Virus record (IMG/VR): IMGVR_UViG_3300028536_000001
Span: 40,874-104,873 of that record
DNA length: 64,000 nucleotides
Strand: one strand, 5' to 3'
Origin: a virus
Part shown: in pieces, positions 38,927 through 48,954 of the stretch
Position numbering within the stretch: the stretch's first letter is position 1
Layout of the letters: every line of letters begins with the position of its first letter
Position numbers and translations under genes: made by a program
Notes under the pieces: generated by a model
What the model saw: only the letters and a program-made list of their open reading frames with translations
Told to the model about the DNA's origin: nothing
Databases searched by the model: none

Positions 38927-39784
38927 TTAGCAGATGATGTTACTTTCTATTTTCCATATACGACGTTTAACGGTTCCAAGACTAACATCAAAATATTTAG
39001 ATATGTCGCTAAACGAAAAATTTTTGGCACGCAAAGAAACTATTTCTTCATCAGATATTTCTTTTTCAAACCATTTAGACTTATCAGAACGATTTCCTGG
39101 AATCTTTGTTTTCAGTACTATCCCGCTTCTGAGAAGTCTATGCTTTATAGAATCTACAGATGTTTTATAATCCCGCGACAGCATAGATAAGTTGTAACCA
39201 TTAAGATATTTATGAATTATCTCTTCAGTTGGAAGATTTTGTATCTTTAATGGAGATCTTTTTATAAGAACATTTTCATGCGTAAGTCTAGTTTTGATGA
39301 GTGTGAGACTGCGTTCAAACATCTTTGCAATTTCAGCCATATTGAATCCATGCTTGTACAGATCAATAATTTGACTGTTGTTTATGCTGTGGTCGTACGA
39401 CCAATGCTTACTCTTACCGCACTTTTCACCCATTTTCTTTCTGAGTTCCGGAGGTACAGAATTAACCAGTCTAGTGTTGTAGCCGATATCTTCATTCATG
39501 GTGTCAAACAGATAGATGTAATATTTTTCTACCGCATCTAAATGTTCTTGACTGTGGGTAACCGCGAGTACTTCTTGGATAAAATCGTCTTTTCCATACT
39601 TCAGTATGGCTCTCTGTAAGTGACCATACTTATCAAAAGGCGCTCGGTACACATGCTTACTCCAGCGCAAATGAAGAGAGTGGATCGTCTGTCCGATGTA
39701 AATTTTCTTAGTTGTTTTGTTAGTAATCGCGTAAACTATACCATATCCATGATAGTTTCTACGCTGTTTTTCACTTGTTCTCAT
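38927..39784 (-). CDS. GIY-YIG free-standing endonuclease
   Basis: GIVYAITNKTTKKIYIGQT...RWSKH...E..YI...GYN; AT-rich. Confidence 0.9.
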   Translation of the reverse strand: MRTSEKQRRNYHGYGIVYAITNKTTKKIYIGQTIHSLHLRWSKHVYRAPFDKYGHLQRAILKYGKDDFIQEVLAVTHSQEHLDAVEKYYIYLFDTMNEDIGYNTRLVNSVPPELRKKMGEKCGKSKHWSYDHSINNSQIIDLYKHGFNMAEIAKMFERSLTLIKTRLTHENVLIKRSPLKIQNLPTEEIIHKYLNGYNLSMLSRDYKTSVDSIKHRLLRSGIVLKTKIPGNRSDKSKWFEKEISDEEIVSLRAKNFSFSDISKYFDVSLGTVKRRIWKIESNIIC

Positions 39785-39790
39785 GTTCTA

Positions 39791-39819
39791 ATTATACCAC
39801 ATTAGTTAACATAAGTCAA
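39791..39819 (-). promoter_or_regulatory. sigma70-type promoter, likely leaderless transcript
   Basis: TTGACT-17-TATAAT, only 6 nt before the GIY-YIG ATG. Confidence 0.75.
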
Positions 39820-39830
39820 TGAAAATAATA

Positions 39831-40919
39831 CTACAAACCCGCATAACCAGTTCCATACGGCCATCCGGGTCCTATACTAACACCCCAGTTGGCGCTAACT
39901 CCTCCACCTGTAAGTCCCGTTGACGGATACAGTGTGAAGCCTTCTTGTTCTCGGTCCGCTGCTTTCAAAGCAGTCATAATTTGTTCTTCCCATTTAGCGT
40001 ATTGGGTAGTTGCTTTAGGAGAACCTACGTGGTCATAACACATCGCTAAAAATCCACTACGGAATAAGTACGCGTACTCATCTGGAATCGGATCTATAGT
40101 CTGTTGGATGGTGACAAAAAGAGATGCTTTGCGTTGATACACGGGCCACATTAACCATGCTAGCCCTGACAGCGGTGGTAGCGGGTTTAAGCGTATAGTG
40201 TATCCATTAGAAGGTGCAACGGTCCAAGTTACGGTTCCATCGAGAACTGTAGCGCCTGCGGGAGATTCTGGAGGTAACACAGGTTGAACTGTTCCAGTAG
40301 TGCCGTAGGGTGCTGTTGGGGGCAAATTTATAGGACCGTTTACAAATCCAGGACTTTCTAAGTTCAGATTCAGTACAGTAGAATCGATGTACAGTATGTT
40401 ACCATTCGTATCTACGAATGATTGAATTGGAGACTTAGGAGTCATCGACTGACCATAACCACACAAAAACGCAGTATTTGGAGTCCATACGCCGAAGGTA
40501 GCAAGGTAGTTCTGTACAAAACAAATATTAAAAGGGTTAGCCTGAATTGAGGTAAGATTTATGTCCCTAAGAACTTCAAGAGCATACATCGGCTTTGGAG
40601 CTAGGTTACCGTTATTCGTAGAGTTGTTTATATCTATCATGCGGCAAGATTCTAACCAACTAATATCAGTTACCTGCGTTGGGTAATCCTGCTGAAGTGC
40701 TACAGTCATAAAGGGTGGAATATACGCACGATTCCATTTCCAATCCATACCCTGTGCCAGAATCTTCTGCATAACATCGTTCGCGAAGGTAATCGCAGGT
40801 TCCTGGCTGAAACCACTGGTCCCGAGCACAGGTACACACTCAGGGAAGGTGCGAGCCCAGTTGACTATTTGCTGGAGGGTAACTGACGATCTGGGGGGAA
40901 CTAGAGGAAAGACTGGCAT
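39831..40919 (-). CDS. head-tail adaptor-like protein (paralog of 46841-47569)
   Basis: WKWNR, WLES, RLNPLP...YQRKA, PIPDEYAYLF. Confidence 0.6.
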   Translation of the reverse strand: MPVFPLVPPRSSVTLQQIVNWARTFPECVPVLGTSGFSQEPAITFANDVMQKILAQGMDWKWNRAYIPPFMTVALQQDYPTQVTDISWLESCRMIDINNSTNNGNLAPKPMYALEVLRDINLTSIQANPFNICFVQNYLATFGVWTPNTAFLCGYGQSMTPKSPIQSFVDTNGNILYIDSTVLNLNLESPGFVNGPINLPPTAPYGTTGTVQPVLPPESPAGATVLDGTVTWTVAPSNGYTIRLNPLPPLSGLAWLMWPVYQRKASLFVTIQQTIDPIPDEYAYLFRSGFLAMCYDHVGSPKATTQYAKWEEQIMTALKAADREQEGFTLYPSTGLTGGGVSANWGVSIGPGWPYGTGYAGL

Positions 40920-40928
40920 TCTATAAAC

Positions 40929-43235
40929 CTAATAAATTCTGTAGTCAATAGTACTATTATCCGAAGTATTAAGCGCCCCTGTAGTAGTCAAGGAGTTAAA
41001 CACGACACTAACACCACTATTTATAGTACCGAGAGATAAAATACCTGGTGTACCACTCATACTATGATAATTATAAGAATAGCGTGCTTGAGAAAAAGCA
41101 TGAACTGTATTAAGAGTAAAAGTTCCGTTTACTAACGTTATAGTGCCGATCTCACCGAGCGAAGGTCCAGTAGTTACTGTGACACTCCAATTATTAGAGC
41201 CTGTAGTTGTAAAGATAGCGCCATAGCCAGGATGAAGAAGAAAACCGTTAGCCGGTCCACTAGGAGCCACGAACGGGATATCACTTCCGCCAGGATTATT
41301 GGAATTATTAATTGTAATTTGTTTACCTGCTATACATCCTGACGGCAAAGTAAGTATAATAGTATTACCTGCGTTAACAGTTTGATTGTTACACGTTAAA
41401 GTAACGCTAGTAGAAACGGAAGCATAATTTAACAAAGTAAAATCAAGAGAGCAGGTACCGCCCGCCAAGCAAACAACTGGATTTACTGTAGCGTTCTGGA
41501 TAGTAGTACCTTGTGATGAAGGTAATACAATTGGTATTTGTGCAGTAGGACTTAAAAAAGCATTAGCCATTTCATGTTGACCTAATACACTCAAGTGGAT
41601 AGCGTTATTTACTCCTCCATATTCAGGAAAAGTACCATGCACCCAATTCCAATTTTCAATATAATTTACAGGAAAACCCGCAGCTTGGTCCGCAGACACA
41701 GCGGTACGAATATCGGCAGAAAGTGCTGCTACTCCTCCTCGAATAAGGTTATCAAGTTGTAAAGGTACATCACTCACCCATACTCTAGGAGTATTTGTTT
41801 GATAATTTGTTTGATACCAAGATGGACCTAAACCAGAACCAAGAATCGTTACTTTAGCCGCATTTGTTGTTACTATATGAAAATGATATGTAGTTCCTAT
41901 TGGAAGAGATACACTATAACCAGGAAACATAATACTTGTTATGGCGTAAGTGAAATTATTAATAGGACTGTACAATGTAACTGCATTTTGAGGGGCACTA
42001 GAACCGACTCCACTGGTAATAAGAGCACTATCACTATTCCGAATGAGTTGATAAGAAAAAGCTCCCGTGCAAGAACTGCATATCTGATACCACAATACTA
42101 TTGATTCTGCGCCCAAAGGCATTGTAAATGAAGGTAAATCAAGAATAGCTCCGTTAGTGGAAGCTGTCGCTCCTAACATAGTCGTGTAAGTATTATCAGT
42201 AGTCCATCCTGCTCCTAGTGTACCTGCACCGGCAGCTTGTTTATTTGAAGAAGCAACAGACCCCCATTCGTCCATTGCTTGGTACATACGAATAAAAACA
42301 GGTTCATATGTAGATGTTGTTGGTGCTTGGTTAAAAAAATGCGAAGCGTCATTAGATCCGATTAAAATTGTGTTCAGCGCTGTAGAACCTGTATCTTCAT
42401 TCCAAGTATTGATAAATTTATTTTGAGCTTCAACTAGTGCAGTTCCACCGGCACCGTAATTAGTTGTTGCAGAAGTTACACCAAGCTGTTGAGATATATA
42501 ATCTACATAGCAGGTACCAAGATGTGTAACATTGTTGCAAAGTACACCTACAGCATGATCTCCCTCCGTATTTGAATCGCCGTAAGCCTTGTAAGAAGTC
42601 CACGAATAATTAACAATATTATTTGACAAAGCGGAAGTAGTGACTGAAGGTGCTATAGCAGGAGGAAAACCAAAATCACTTGCACCTGTAACTGGATTAA
42701 ATACAACAGCATTATTTTGAGCACCTACAACTCCAGTAAATACTCCTCCTTGATTAGTCTGAACAGAACCAGAAGGTGAACCCGGAGTGCTGCTTCCTCC
42801 TCCGTTAAAAGTGCACGTAGTGGCGACACAAGACACGCCAGACCCAGTAAAAACAAAAACTCCTTGAACTCCATTTATGCTGGTAAAACTGGAGTTTGTA
42901 CTACTGATAAGAGTAATAGGAAAGGTGTAGCATTGACTTAACGGTGCGCATACTTGTTCTATGTACTGACCTGGAGAAGCATAGTAGGAATAGTTTCCGT
43001 TTATATCGGCAAAAAATGGTTCTGGAAGAGCGACAGTCAGTGCTTCGTCGGAATATACAGTTACGGGACTGGTGCATTGTAGTTGTGCGTTGAAGGTACA
43101 AACCGTAATTTGAGCGTTTGGTACAAGCTTCGCATAACTGGAAGAATTTTGTATAGCAACAGAAATTCGCTGCTGGTTTTGACCAAACAGAAAAGGAGAC
43201 AGCATAAATAAAGCAACTAAGAGAAGTTTTTTCAT
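40929..43235 (-). CDS. tail spike-like protein with SGNH/GDSL esterase domain
   Basis: YGDSNT, NYGAGG, IGSND, NAIHLS; signal-peptide-like N-terminus. Confidence 0.75.
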   Translation of the reverse strand: MKKLLLVALFMLSPFLFGQNQQRISVAIQNSSSYAKLVPNAQITVCTFNAQLQCTSPVTVYSDEALTVALPEPFFADINGNYSYYASPGQYIEQVCAPLSQCYTFPITLISSTNSSFTSINGVQGVFVFTGSGVSCVATTCTFNGGGSSTPGSPSGSVQTNQGGVFTGVVGAQNNAVVFNPVTGASDFGFPPAIAPSVTTSALSNNIVNYSWTSYKAYGDSNTEGDHAVGVLCNNVTHLGTCYVDYISQQLGVTSATTNYGAGGTALVEAQNKFINTWNEDTGSTALNTILIGSNDASHFFNQAPTTSTYEPVFIRMYQAMDEWGSVASSNKQAAGAGTLGAGWTTDNTYTTMLGATASTNGAILDLPSFTMPLGAESIVLWYQICSSCTGAFSYQLIRNSDSALITSGVGSSAPQNAVTLYSPINNFTYAITSIMFPGYSVSLPIGTTYHFHIVTTNAAKVTILGSGLGPSWYQTNYQTNTPRVWVSDVPLQLDNLIRGGVAALSADIRTAVSADQAAGFPVNYIENWNWVHGTFPEYGGVNNAIHLSVLGQHEMANAFLSPTAQIPIVLPSSQGTTIQNATVNPVVCLAGGTCSLDFTLLNYASVSTSVTLTCNNQTVNAGNTIILTLPSGCIAGKQITINNSNNPGGSDIPFVAPSGPANGFLLHPGYGAIFTTTGSNNWSVTVTTGPSLGEIGTITLVNGTFTLNTVHAFSQARYSYNYHSMSGTPGILSLGTINSGVSVVFNSLTTTGALNTSDNSTIDYRIY

Positions 43236-43238
43236 TAT

Positions 43239-46200
43239 TTAAAAAGCGGTCCAAGTACCTGCGATACACCGATATGTAGTATTTGCGGTGGTAGTTCCTG
43301 CGGTATTGCTATAAAAACTACCGTTTACTGCACACGAACCGGATGGCGTGGTAGCTCCAAAAGTCCAAGTAGGCCCCGAAGTTCCCAAAGTAATACCTTT
43401 CACAAAGTAGTGCATCTGCTCGGATATATTTGCTCCTGGTTCCCATATTTCTGCTTGAACCAAATTGCCCGATCCCAGAGGATCTTGTACCATCATGGAC
43501 TGAGCGGCTGAAACAACTCCCCCAACCGGTGTTCCTAGCTGGGTGCAGATCAGGCCGCCAGCGTAAATGAATCCGGAGGCGTCTGGTCCTTGCCCTGCCG
43601 CAGAGTATGGACGGAACATATAGGCTCCGCAATAGGCTCCGATAGAAAGTTGTCCTGGAGTTCCTTGTGTGCCTGTGGCTGCGCGAGTAGACCACTCTGG
43701 ACCATAGGGTAGAGAGGTAAGCGTTCCGTACAGGGTCGTGTATTTCTTTTGCATCGTCTGAACATCCACTGAAGCAGCCATGATGCCGCCCGGATCGAGA
43801 TACGGTGCTATACCGTTTTCGTAAATGTTGTTGTTCTGGGTAAACGGATAGTTTCCAGTCAGAGCAGACTCATAGAGAACTGCCGAAGTGATACTTGCAT
43901 CGGTCGTCGAGAATGTATTGTTGTGGATGTCAATCGATTGCAGGACTTGTGGAATGAACGAGTATGGATGCAGATCAATCGCAGCGTGTATGCCCTGGAT
44001 TGGGTTGATGTTCGTGAACTGCACATTGTCCACAGTGACGTGATCACAGTTGGTGATAATCATTCTGACACCAACCATGTGGCCGTGACTTATTCCAATA
44101 TCGGTGCAGGTAGCTGGCTGACTGGCTGCTCCTACTTCCAGCAACTGATCGAAGCCAGATATGTCCTGCGGAGTCACTCCCGGTGCGGTAGCGGTAGGAT
44201 CGAACTCGAAGTTGCTCAGTTGATTGTGCTGCGGCATGACAGTAGTCACACCTACGATGTCAAATCCGATGAATCCGAATTGAGGACCATTTGCGCCCTT
44301 GATAATGATCTGGTCCGCATCGCAGCTTATACAGTCAGCCATATCGATGCCGCCAGCCGTAGCGCGTGGCGTCTCTCCCCAATATGGACGGCCAAGCAGC
44401 GTCATGCGAGATAGGTGACAGTTCACGCAACGGCCTGTCGCGAAAGAGTCTGAATAGTCTGAAATTAGGCCGTCTGAGACAAAGACATTTGTGGTCGGGT
44501 TGAGGATGATCTGCTGTTGCGGTATGCCGCTTGCTCCAGAGCCTGTTCCTGCGGTCAAGGCTACAGTAGGTGCTGGGTCTCCTGCCACATAGTAGCCGGT
44601 GCCCTTATCGATCATGTTTGTACCGATCCACACACCGTTACCGATTCCGACTGAGCAGGTAGCAGGTGGAATCGTGGCTGAGCCTCCACCACCCATTGTG
44701 CAGGTTGGTGCAGTATATCCAGATGTCACATTTGTGAATTGAATCGTCTTTACGTAGAACGTTACGACTCCCGTCAACAGCGGGGCAGTTACCTGCGTGC
44801 CGGAAGTCAGATTAAGCTGAAAAGCGGTCTGCGACGAGAAATACCCATCGCCGCCTACCAATGTCCCCGTTTGGCACCCTGAAATAGCGCTTCCAGTGAA
44901 TTGAGCTGGGCAAGTTCCGCCCGTACCGCCTACTTGTGTTAGGGCAAGCGTGTCTGTGTTAGCGTAGTTCTCGCCAGCATTCTTGACGCTACATCCTGCT
45001 CCAACACCGCCCGGCCCGACCGTAAGTACCACAAAGGCTCCGGTTCCTGTGGCTGAGACAGGAGTTCCTGTTACGTATCCAGAGACATAATTAGTTCCAC
45101 CGGTAAATGAGCAGGAAACGAGGCCGCCGCCAGCGTAGGTTGCGATAAGGATTCCACCCGTTCCTGGTTCGTTGTTCCAAATCAGGGTTCCGGCAGGTGA
45201 TCCAGAAAATACACCACCGTTCTGCACAGTAACCGAGGTGATTTGACCAGAGATGGTTGCAGATGCGGTTGTATTTTTGCCTGTAGAATCTGTAATCTTT
45301 ACCCAGGGCGGACCCGTAAAGTCGTGCGCCGTAGTCAGCAAGGTCAGATTGTTAGGCACTCCATTCGCGATGATGGGTGTTCCTGTGGCCTGTATGCCGC
45401 CTGCGTGAGGCGCAGAGAAAGCTAGGACCGCCGAGCCGTTGGTAGGGTATAAAGATCCACCATTGGCAATTGAGGTACCACCAATACCGTTGGCGAATAC
45501 GCCACCCTCATCAATTGACCCGGCCTCGCATCCAAAATTCGGATTGATTGTGTCGCAGTGTTCTACTTTGAAATGGTGGATCCAGAGATTGTTGACCGAT
45601 CTGAAATCGAATGGCCTGCTCATACCATTCTCAAAGGTCACATTCCACATGCGAATATCGCCTGTAGACGCTCCCGTAGGGTCACTTTTTACTTCGGCGT
45701 AGAAACAAGTCAGCTCAGGGCAGTTTTGTCCCGCACGGTTGCCGTCGAAGTAGATATCATGAATATTGATGTACTTCGATGGCTGACGCAGATACATCAG
45801 CGTTTGAATGTTTGTGCCCGTCCCGCGAAAGAAGTTGCAGGGCTGGCCATTCACTCCACCGAATATATTGAAATTGTTTGCCTGAACGTCGATAACGCCA
45901 GCAACCTGGCCTTGGTCCTGCCCAGTGAAGTTGAATGTCGTTCCCGAGCAGTCGATAGTTACATTGTCCTGGGTGATCTTGACCTGCGTGGTCCAGTTTC
46001 CAGTGAGTCCCTGTGTCTTAACTACCTGCCCCGGACCAGCCGCAGCGATAGCGTTGATTACCTGCTGGCCCTGATCTGAGCCCGGCTCTAGGAATGCCCA
46101 TACGCTGCCATTTACACCCGGAGAACTCAGACTATGAGTAGAGGGATTTATAGTGATCGACGCGTCGGAAATCAATCCACCCGTGGAACTGTAGGCTTGA

Positions 46201-46592
46201 ATAGAGTAAAGAGGAGGATTAGGAGATGCTCCGCCGCCCCCACCAGATCCTCCCGAAATCAAAGTAAGGGGACGAGTGTAGCATTGGTTTGCAGTTATGC
46301 AGATTTGCTCAATGTACGTGCCTGCGGGAGCAAAATAGTCGTAGTTTCCGTTTCCATCCGCTAAAAACGGATAAGTGATCGGGGATGTAAGTGCCTGATC
46401 TGAATAAATCGGCACGGGAACAGAGCACTGAAACTGGGCATTGTAGTTACAAAGAGTAATCTGGGCGTGCGGGATTAACTTTGCGTAAGAAGATACATTC
46501 TGTATTGCAGTACCTTCCCTCTGCTGATTCTGTTGTGCCAGAGCCAGACAAGGGAAAAGCAGTAGAAGTAGTACCTTAGCGAACTTGGTCAT
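43239..46592 (-). CDS. tail spike-like beta-helix (pectate-lyase-like) depolymerase
   Basis: ATG at 46592; parallel beta-helix character (IYFDGN...), G-rich insert; N-terminal domain shared with the downstream gene. Confidence 0.7.
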   Translation of the reverse strand: MTKFAKVLLLLLFPCLALAQQNQQREGTAIQNVSSYAKLIPHAQITLCNYNAQFQCSVPVPIYSDQALTSPITYPFLADGNGNYDYFAPAGTYIEQICITANQCYTRPLTLISGGSGGGGGASPNPPLYSIQAYSSTGGLISDASITINPSTHSLSSPGVNGSVWAFLEPGSDQGQQVINAIAAAGPGQVVKTQGLTGNWTTQVKITQDNVTIDCSGTTFNFTGQDQGQVAGVIDVQANNFNIFGGVNGQPCNFFRGTGTNIQTLMYLRQPSKYINIHDIYFDGNRAGQNCPELTCFYAEVKSDPTGASTGDIRMWNVTFENGMSRPFDFRSVNNLWIHHFKVEHCDTINPNFGCEAGSIDEGGVFANGIGGTSIANGGSLYPTNGSAVLAFSAPHAGGIQATGTPIIANGVPNNLTLLTTAHDFTGPPWVKITDSTGKNTTASATISGQITSVTVQNGGVFSGSPAGTLIWNNEPGTGGILIATYAGGGLVSCSFTGGTNYVSGYVTGTPVSATGTGAFVVLTVGPGGVGAGCSVKNAGENYANTDTLALTQVGGTGGTCPAQFTGSAISGCQTGTLVGGDGYFSSQTAFQLNLTSGTQVTAPLLTGVVTFYVKTIQFTNVTSGYTAPTCTMGGGGSATIPPATCSVGIGNGVWIGTNMIDKGTGYYVAGDPAPTVALTAGTGSGASGIPQQQIILNPTTNVFVSDGLISDYSDSFATGRCVNCHLSRMTLLGRPYWGETPRATAGGIDMADCISCDADQIIIKGANGPQFGFIGFDIVGVTTVMPQHNQLSNFEFDPTATAPGVTPQDISGFDQLLEVGAASQPATCTDIGISHGHMVGVRMIITNCDHVTVDNVQFTNINPIQGIHAAIDLHPYSFIPQVLQSIDIHNNTFSTTDASITSAVLYESALTGNYPFTQNNNIYENGIAPYLDPGGIMAASVDVQTMQKKYTTLYGTLTSLPYGPEWSTRAATGTQGTPGQLSIGAYCGAYMFRPYSAAGQGPDASGFIYAGGLICTQLGTPVGGVVSAAQSMMVQDPLGSGNLVQAEIWEPGANISEQMHYFVKGITLGTSGPTWTFGATTPSGSCAVNGSFYSNTAGTTTANTTYRCIAGTWTAF

Positions 46593-46839
46593 TCTTATCA
46601 CTGAAACTAGCCACTGCATCGTGGGCTTTGTTGGTTACGTAGAAGGCAGTCATGACAGAAAGTTGTGTCAAGAGGGTTGCGTTATCTACAAAGTGGTGGC
46701 CATTGTGGAAGAAAAACAGCGCGTCCATTACCAGAAAGTACAGAACTATCAACAGGCTTACTGCCCGTCCAAAACTGATGGCTGCGTTGGCCCCTAAAGC
46801 CTGTTCCAATAGCCACTTAATCCAAAGTATAAATTTCAT
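46576..46839 (-). CDS. holin-like two-TM protein
   Basis: Two hydrophobic segments; ISFGR motif. Confidence 0.5.
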   Translation of the reverse strand: MKFILWIKWLLEQALGANAAISFGRAVSLLIVLYFLVMDALFFFHNGHHFVDNATLLTQLSVMTAFYVTNKAHDAVASFSDKNDQVR

Positions 46840-46840
46840 G

Positions 46841-47569
46841 TTACGATCCTGCGCGAGCAGATCGCGCTATCTGGGCAGTGCCCATAGTATTCTGTTGCTC
46901 TGCTTGTGTAATCATTTGATGGGAGAGGAAAATATTCTTCTCGGTTTCAGTCAATCCATCATTGGCTGCGGTTACCTGCCGCAAAAACATTTGAAAGGCG
47001 AACGCATACTTCTCTTCGTCGATATACTCGTAAGCCAGAGCCTTCATTCCCTGCGTATAAATATAGGACATATAATCTGGAAGGGGATACCAAGTCTCAG
47101 TCAAGGAATCAAACTTAGGCGCGGCCTTTTGATATATGATATTCAGTATGTAGGCTTGATCTGGTGCGGGAAAGAGGCGGAATGTAATATTTCCGTTGTC
47201 GTCGTCCAGGTTGGCGGTAATACGGGTAGGTTGGTTAACTAACTGGTCTCCAGCAACCACCATTTCGACTTCCAGTTCAATCGACTGGCCGGGCTGACCA
47301 TTTACGATAGGAAAGTTCAACCATGCTTTTTCAATCCAACCAAAATCGGGAAGTTTTACTTTGTAATCAGCTACTCCGATTGTACATGTGACTGGAGACA
47401 CGTATGCCCGGTTCCATCTCCACGCGAACGGGGGAGCCAGAATGAACTGTCTCACCCAATCAGCAGAGAGGAATGCCGGGTCACCGTCGTTAACAAGAGT
47501 TAGAGGGGCGTTCCTGATGAAGCGCTGAACATATTTTACAGTGCGCTCCAATGTAATGGTCGATGCCAC
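46841..47569 (-). CDS. head-tail adaptor (P22 gp4-like) protein
   Basis: FAWRWNR, WIEKA, RLFPAPDQAY...YQKAAP, PLPDYMSYIY. Confidence 0.6.
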   Translation of the reverse strand: MASTITLERTVKYVQRFIRNAPLTLVNDGDPAFLSADWVRQFILAPPFAWRWNRAYVSPVTCTIGVADYKVKLPDFGWIEKAWLNFPIVNGQPGQSIELEVEMVVAGDQLVNQPTRITANLDDDNGNITFRLFPAPDQAYILNIIYQKAAPKFDSLTETWYPLPDYMSYIYTQGMKALAYEYIDEEKYAFAFQMFLRQVTAANDGLTETEKNIFLSHQMITQAEQQNTMGTAQIARSARAGS

Positions 47570-47576
47570 TTAGAAC

Positions 47577-48146
47577 CTAGCTGGCTGAAAAGTGCAGCCG
47601 TTCGATAATCTTCTTCCGTTCCTCTTCAGAAAAACGGGCGGTCATGGCTTTAATAGGATCAAGGAAGGCTCTTTGTCCCGCCTGTGAGGGGACATTTGAT
47701 CCCTTCATCGCGAAAAATCTCTGATCGTCAGGATTCAAGCTGCTGATAACCCTCTGACAGAAGGAGCAAACTCCGATAGTCTCGCCTGTGTCGGACCTGT
47801 GAATCCAGAACGCAGAAGCGCTACCTGGTTCCTGGCCGCCAAGTCCCTTGACGTGTAGGCAAGAATCCTGCGCCCACTTGCGATTGCGGTCAATAGCTGC
47901 TTGCTGTTGACGCTCGCTCTGGCGCATGACCTCTTTGTTGAGTTCCTGGCCGGGATCTACGTAGGGTTTGCGGGTCTCGATAAGCGCGGAAATAAGTTCT
48001 GAGAACTTAGAATCCGAGTCTTTCTGTTGCTCTTTTGTAGCTTCAGAGATTAGAGACTGGAGTTGTTCGAGAGTTAGAGAGATTTGCTGATCTTCAGCAA
48101 TGGTTGGTTCCTGTGTTTTTGCCATGTTGTCTTTCTCCTGCGCCAA
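47577..48146 (-). CDS. virion-module hypothetical protein
   Basis: CLH...CSFC motif. Confidence 0.6.
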   Translation of the reverse strand: MAQEKDNMAKTQEPTIAEDQQISLTLEQLQSLISEATKEQQKDSDSKFSELISALIETRKPYVDPGQELNKEVMRQSERQQQAAIDRNRKWAQDSCLHVKGLGGQEPGSASAFWIHRSDTGETIGVCSFCQRVISSLNPDDQRFFAMKGSNVPSQAGQRAFLDPIKAMTARFSEEERKKIIERLHFSAS

Positions 48147-48167
48147 TCGGACGCGACGGATGTATTT

Positions 48168-48184
48168 TGTCCATTTTCTGGACA
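48168..48184 (-). repeat. 17-bp dispersed motif (exact)
   Basis: Reverse complement TGTCCAGAAAATGGACA, intergenic. Confidence 0.85.
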
Positions 48185-48185
48185 G

Positions 48186-48725
48186 TTATTTCTTTAATGA
48201 GTTTAGTATGTTGTCTATCGTGCTATCAGTGTTTCTGGGTCCAGTTTCGAGAGATACTCCCAAGCAGTTAAAAACTCGTAGAACTATTCCAAGTTCCGCT
48301 CTGTTGTGACCTCTCTCGAACTCACAAATCCATTTTCGACTAGCACCAACTGACTGCGCCAGTTGAGATTGAGTTAAACCTTTTTGTAGTCGAAAGAATC
48401 TAGCTGCGGCTCCGACATCTTCAGAGGTTTTGATTTTAATTTTATTATCGTCAAGTTTCGGTCTATTTGCTAAAATAGAATCTATGAATTGACAAAGTTC
48501 AGCGTCCGCCTCAAACCACTCCCCGCGTATTCTTTTGGACAAGAATTTATCGTGCAGCGAGCCTTCCGTGTGTCCAGACTTACCCTCGTCGATGAATCCC
48601 AACAAGGATAGATTATCCGGAGAACTCGTACATAGAGCTTTTAGACGGGTTTCTGGCTCTCCAGAAGTTCGACCAATCTTAATTAGATTAGTTGTAGCGG
48701 ATTTTATGAAATAGATATAAGACAT
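48186..48725 (-). CDS. GIY-YIG (T5orf172/MUG113-like) domain fused to XRE HTH
   Basis: YIYFIK...IKIGRT...E..LH..F...RIRGEWF plus RLQKGLTQSQLAQSVGASRKWICEFERG. Confidence 0.85.
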   Translation of the reverse strand: MSYIYFIKSATTNLIKIGRTSGEPETRLKALCTSSPDNLSLLGFIDEGKSGHTEGSLHDKFLSKRIRGEWFEADAELCQFIDSILANRPKLDDNKIKIKTSEDVGAAARFFRLQKGLTQSQLAQSVGASRKWICEFERGHNRAELGIVLRVFNCLGVSLETGPRNTDSTIDNILNSLKK

Positions 48726-48726
48726 A

Positions 48727-48954
48727 TTAAAAATTGTGAGCGATAAAATAGTCTGACCAAAATCCTGTGTAAAAAGGATTGGTATATAACTGGGCTTGTC
48801 GCCACGTATAATCGGGTTGGGTTTTTCTTATTTCTATAAAACGTACAGCCCCTAATAACCAAGCTGAAAATATTAGATGCCAAGTACCTTCTCGATAGTC
48901 AGAATCTAGAGATTCCTTTATCATCCAATACAGAAAAATAAGTGTTAAGTTCAT
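48727..48954 (-). CDS. small membrane protein
   Basis: Hydrophobic segments. Confidence 0.45.
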   Translation of the reverse strand: MNLTLIFLYWMIKESLDSDYREGTWHLIFSAWLLGAVRFIEIRKTQPDYTWRQAQLYTNPFYTGFWSDYFIAHNF

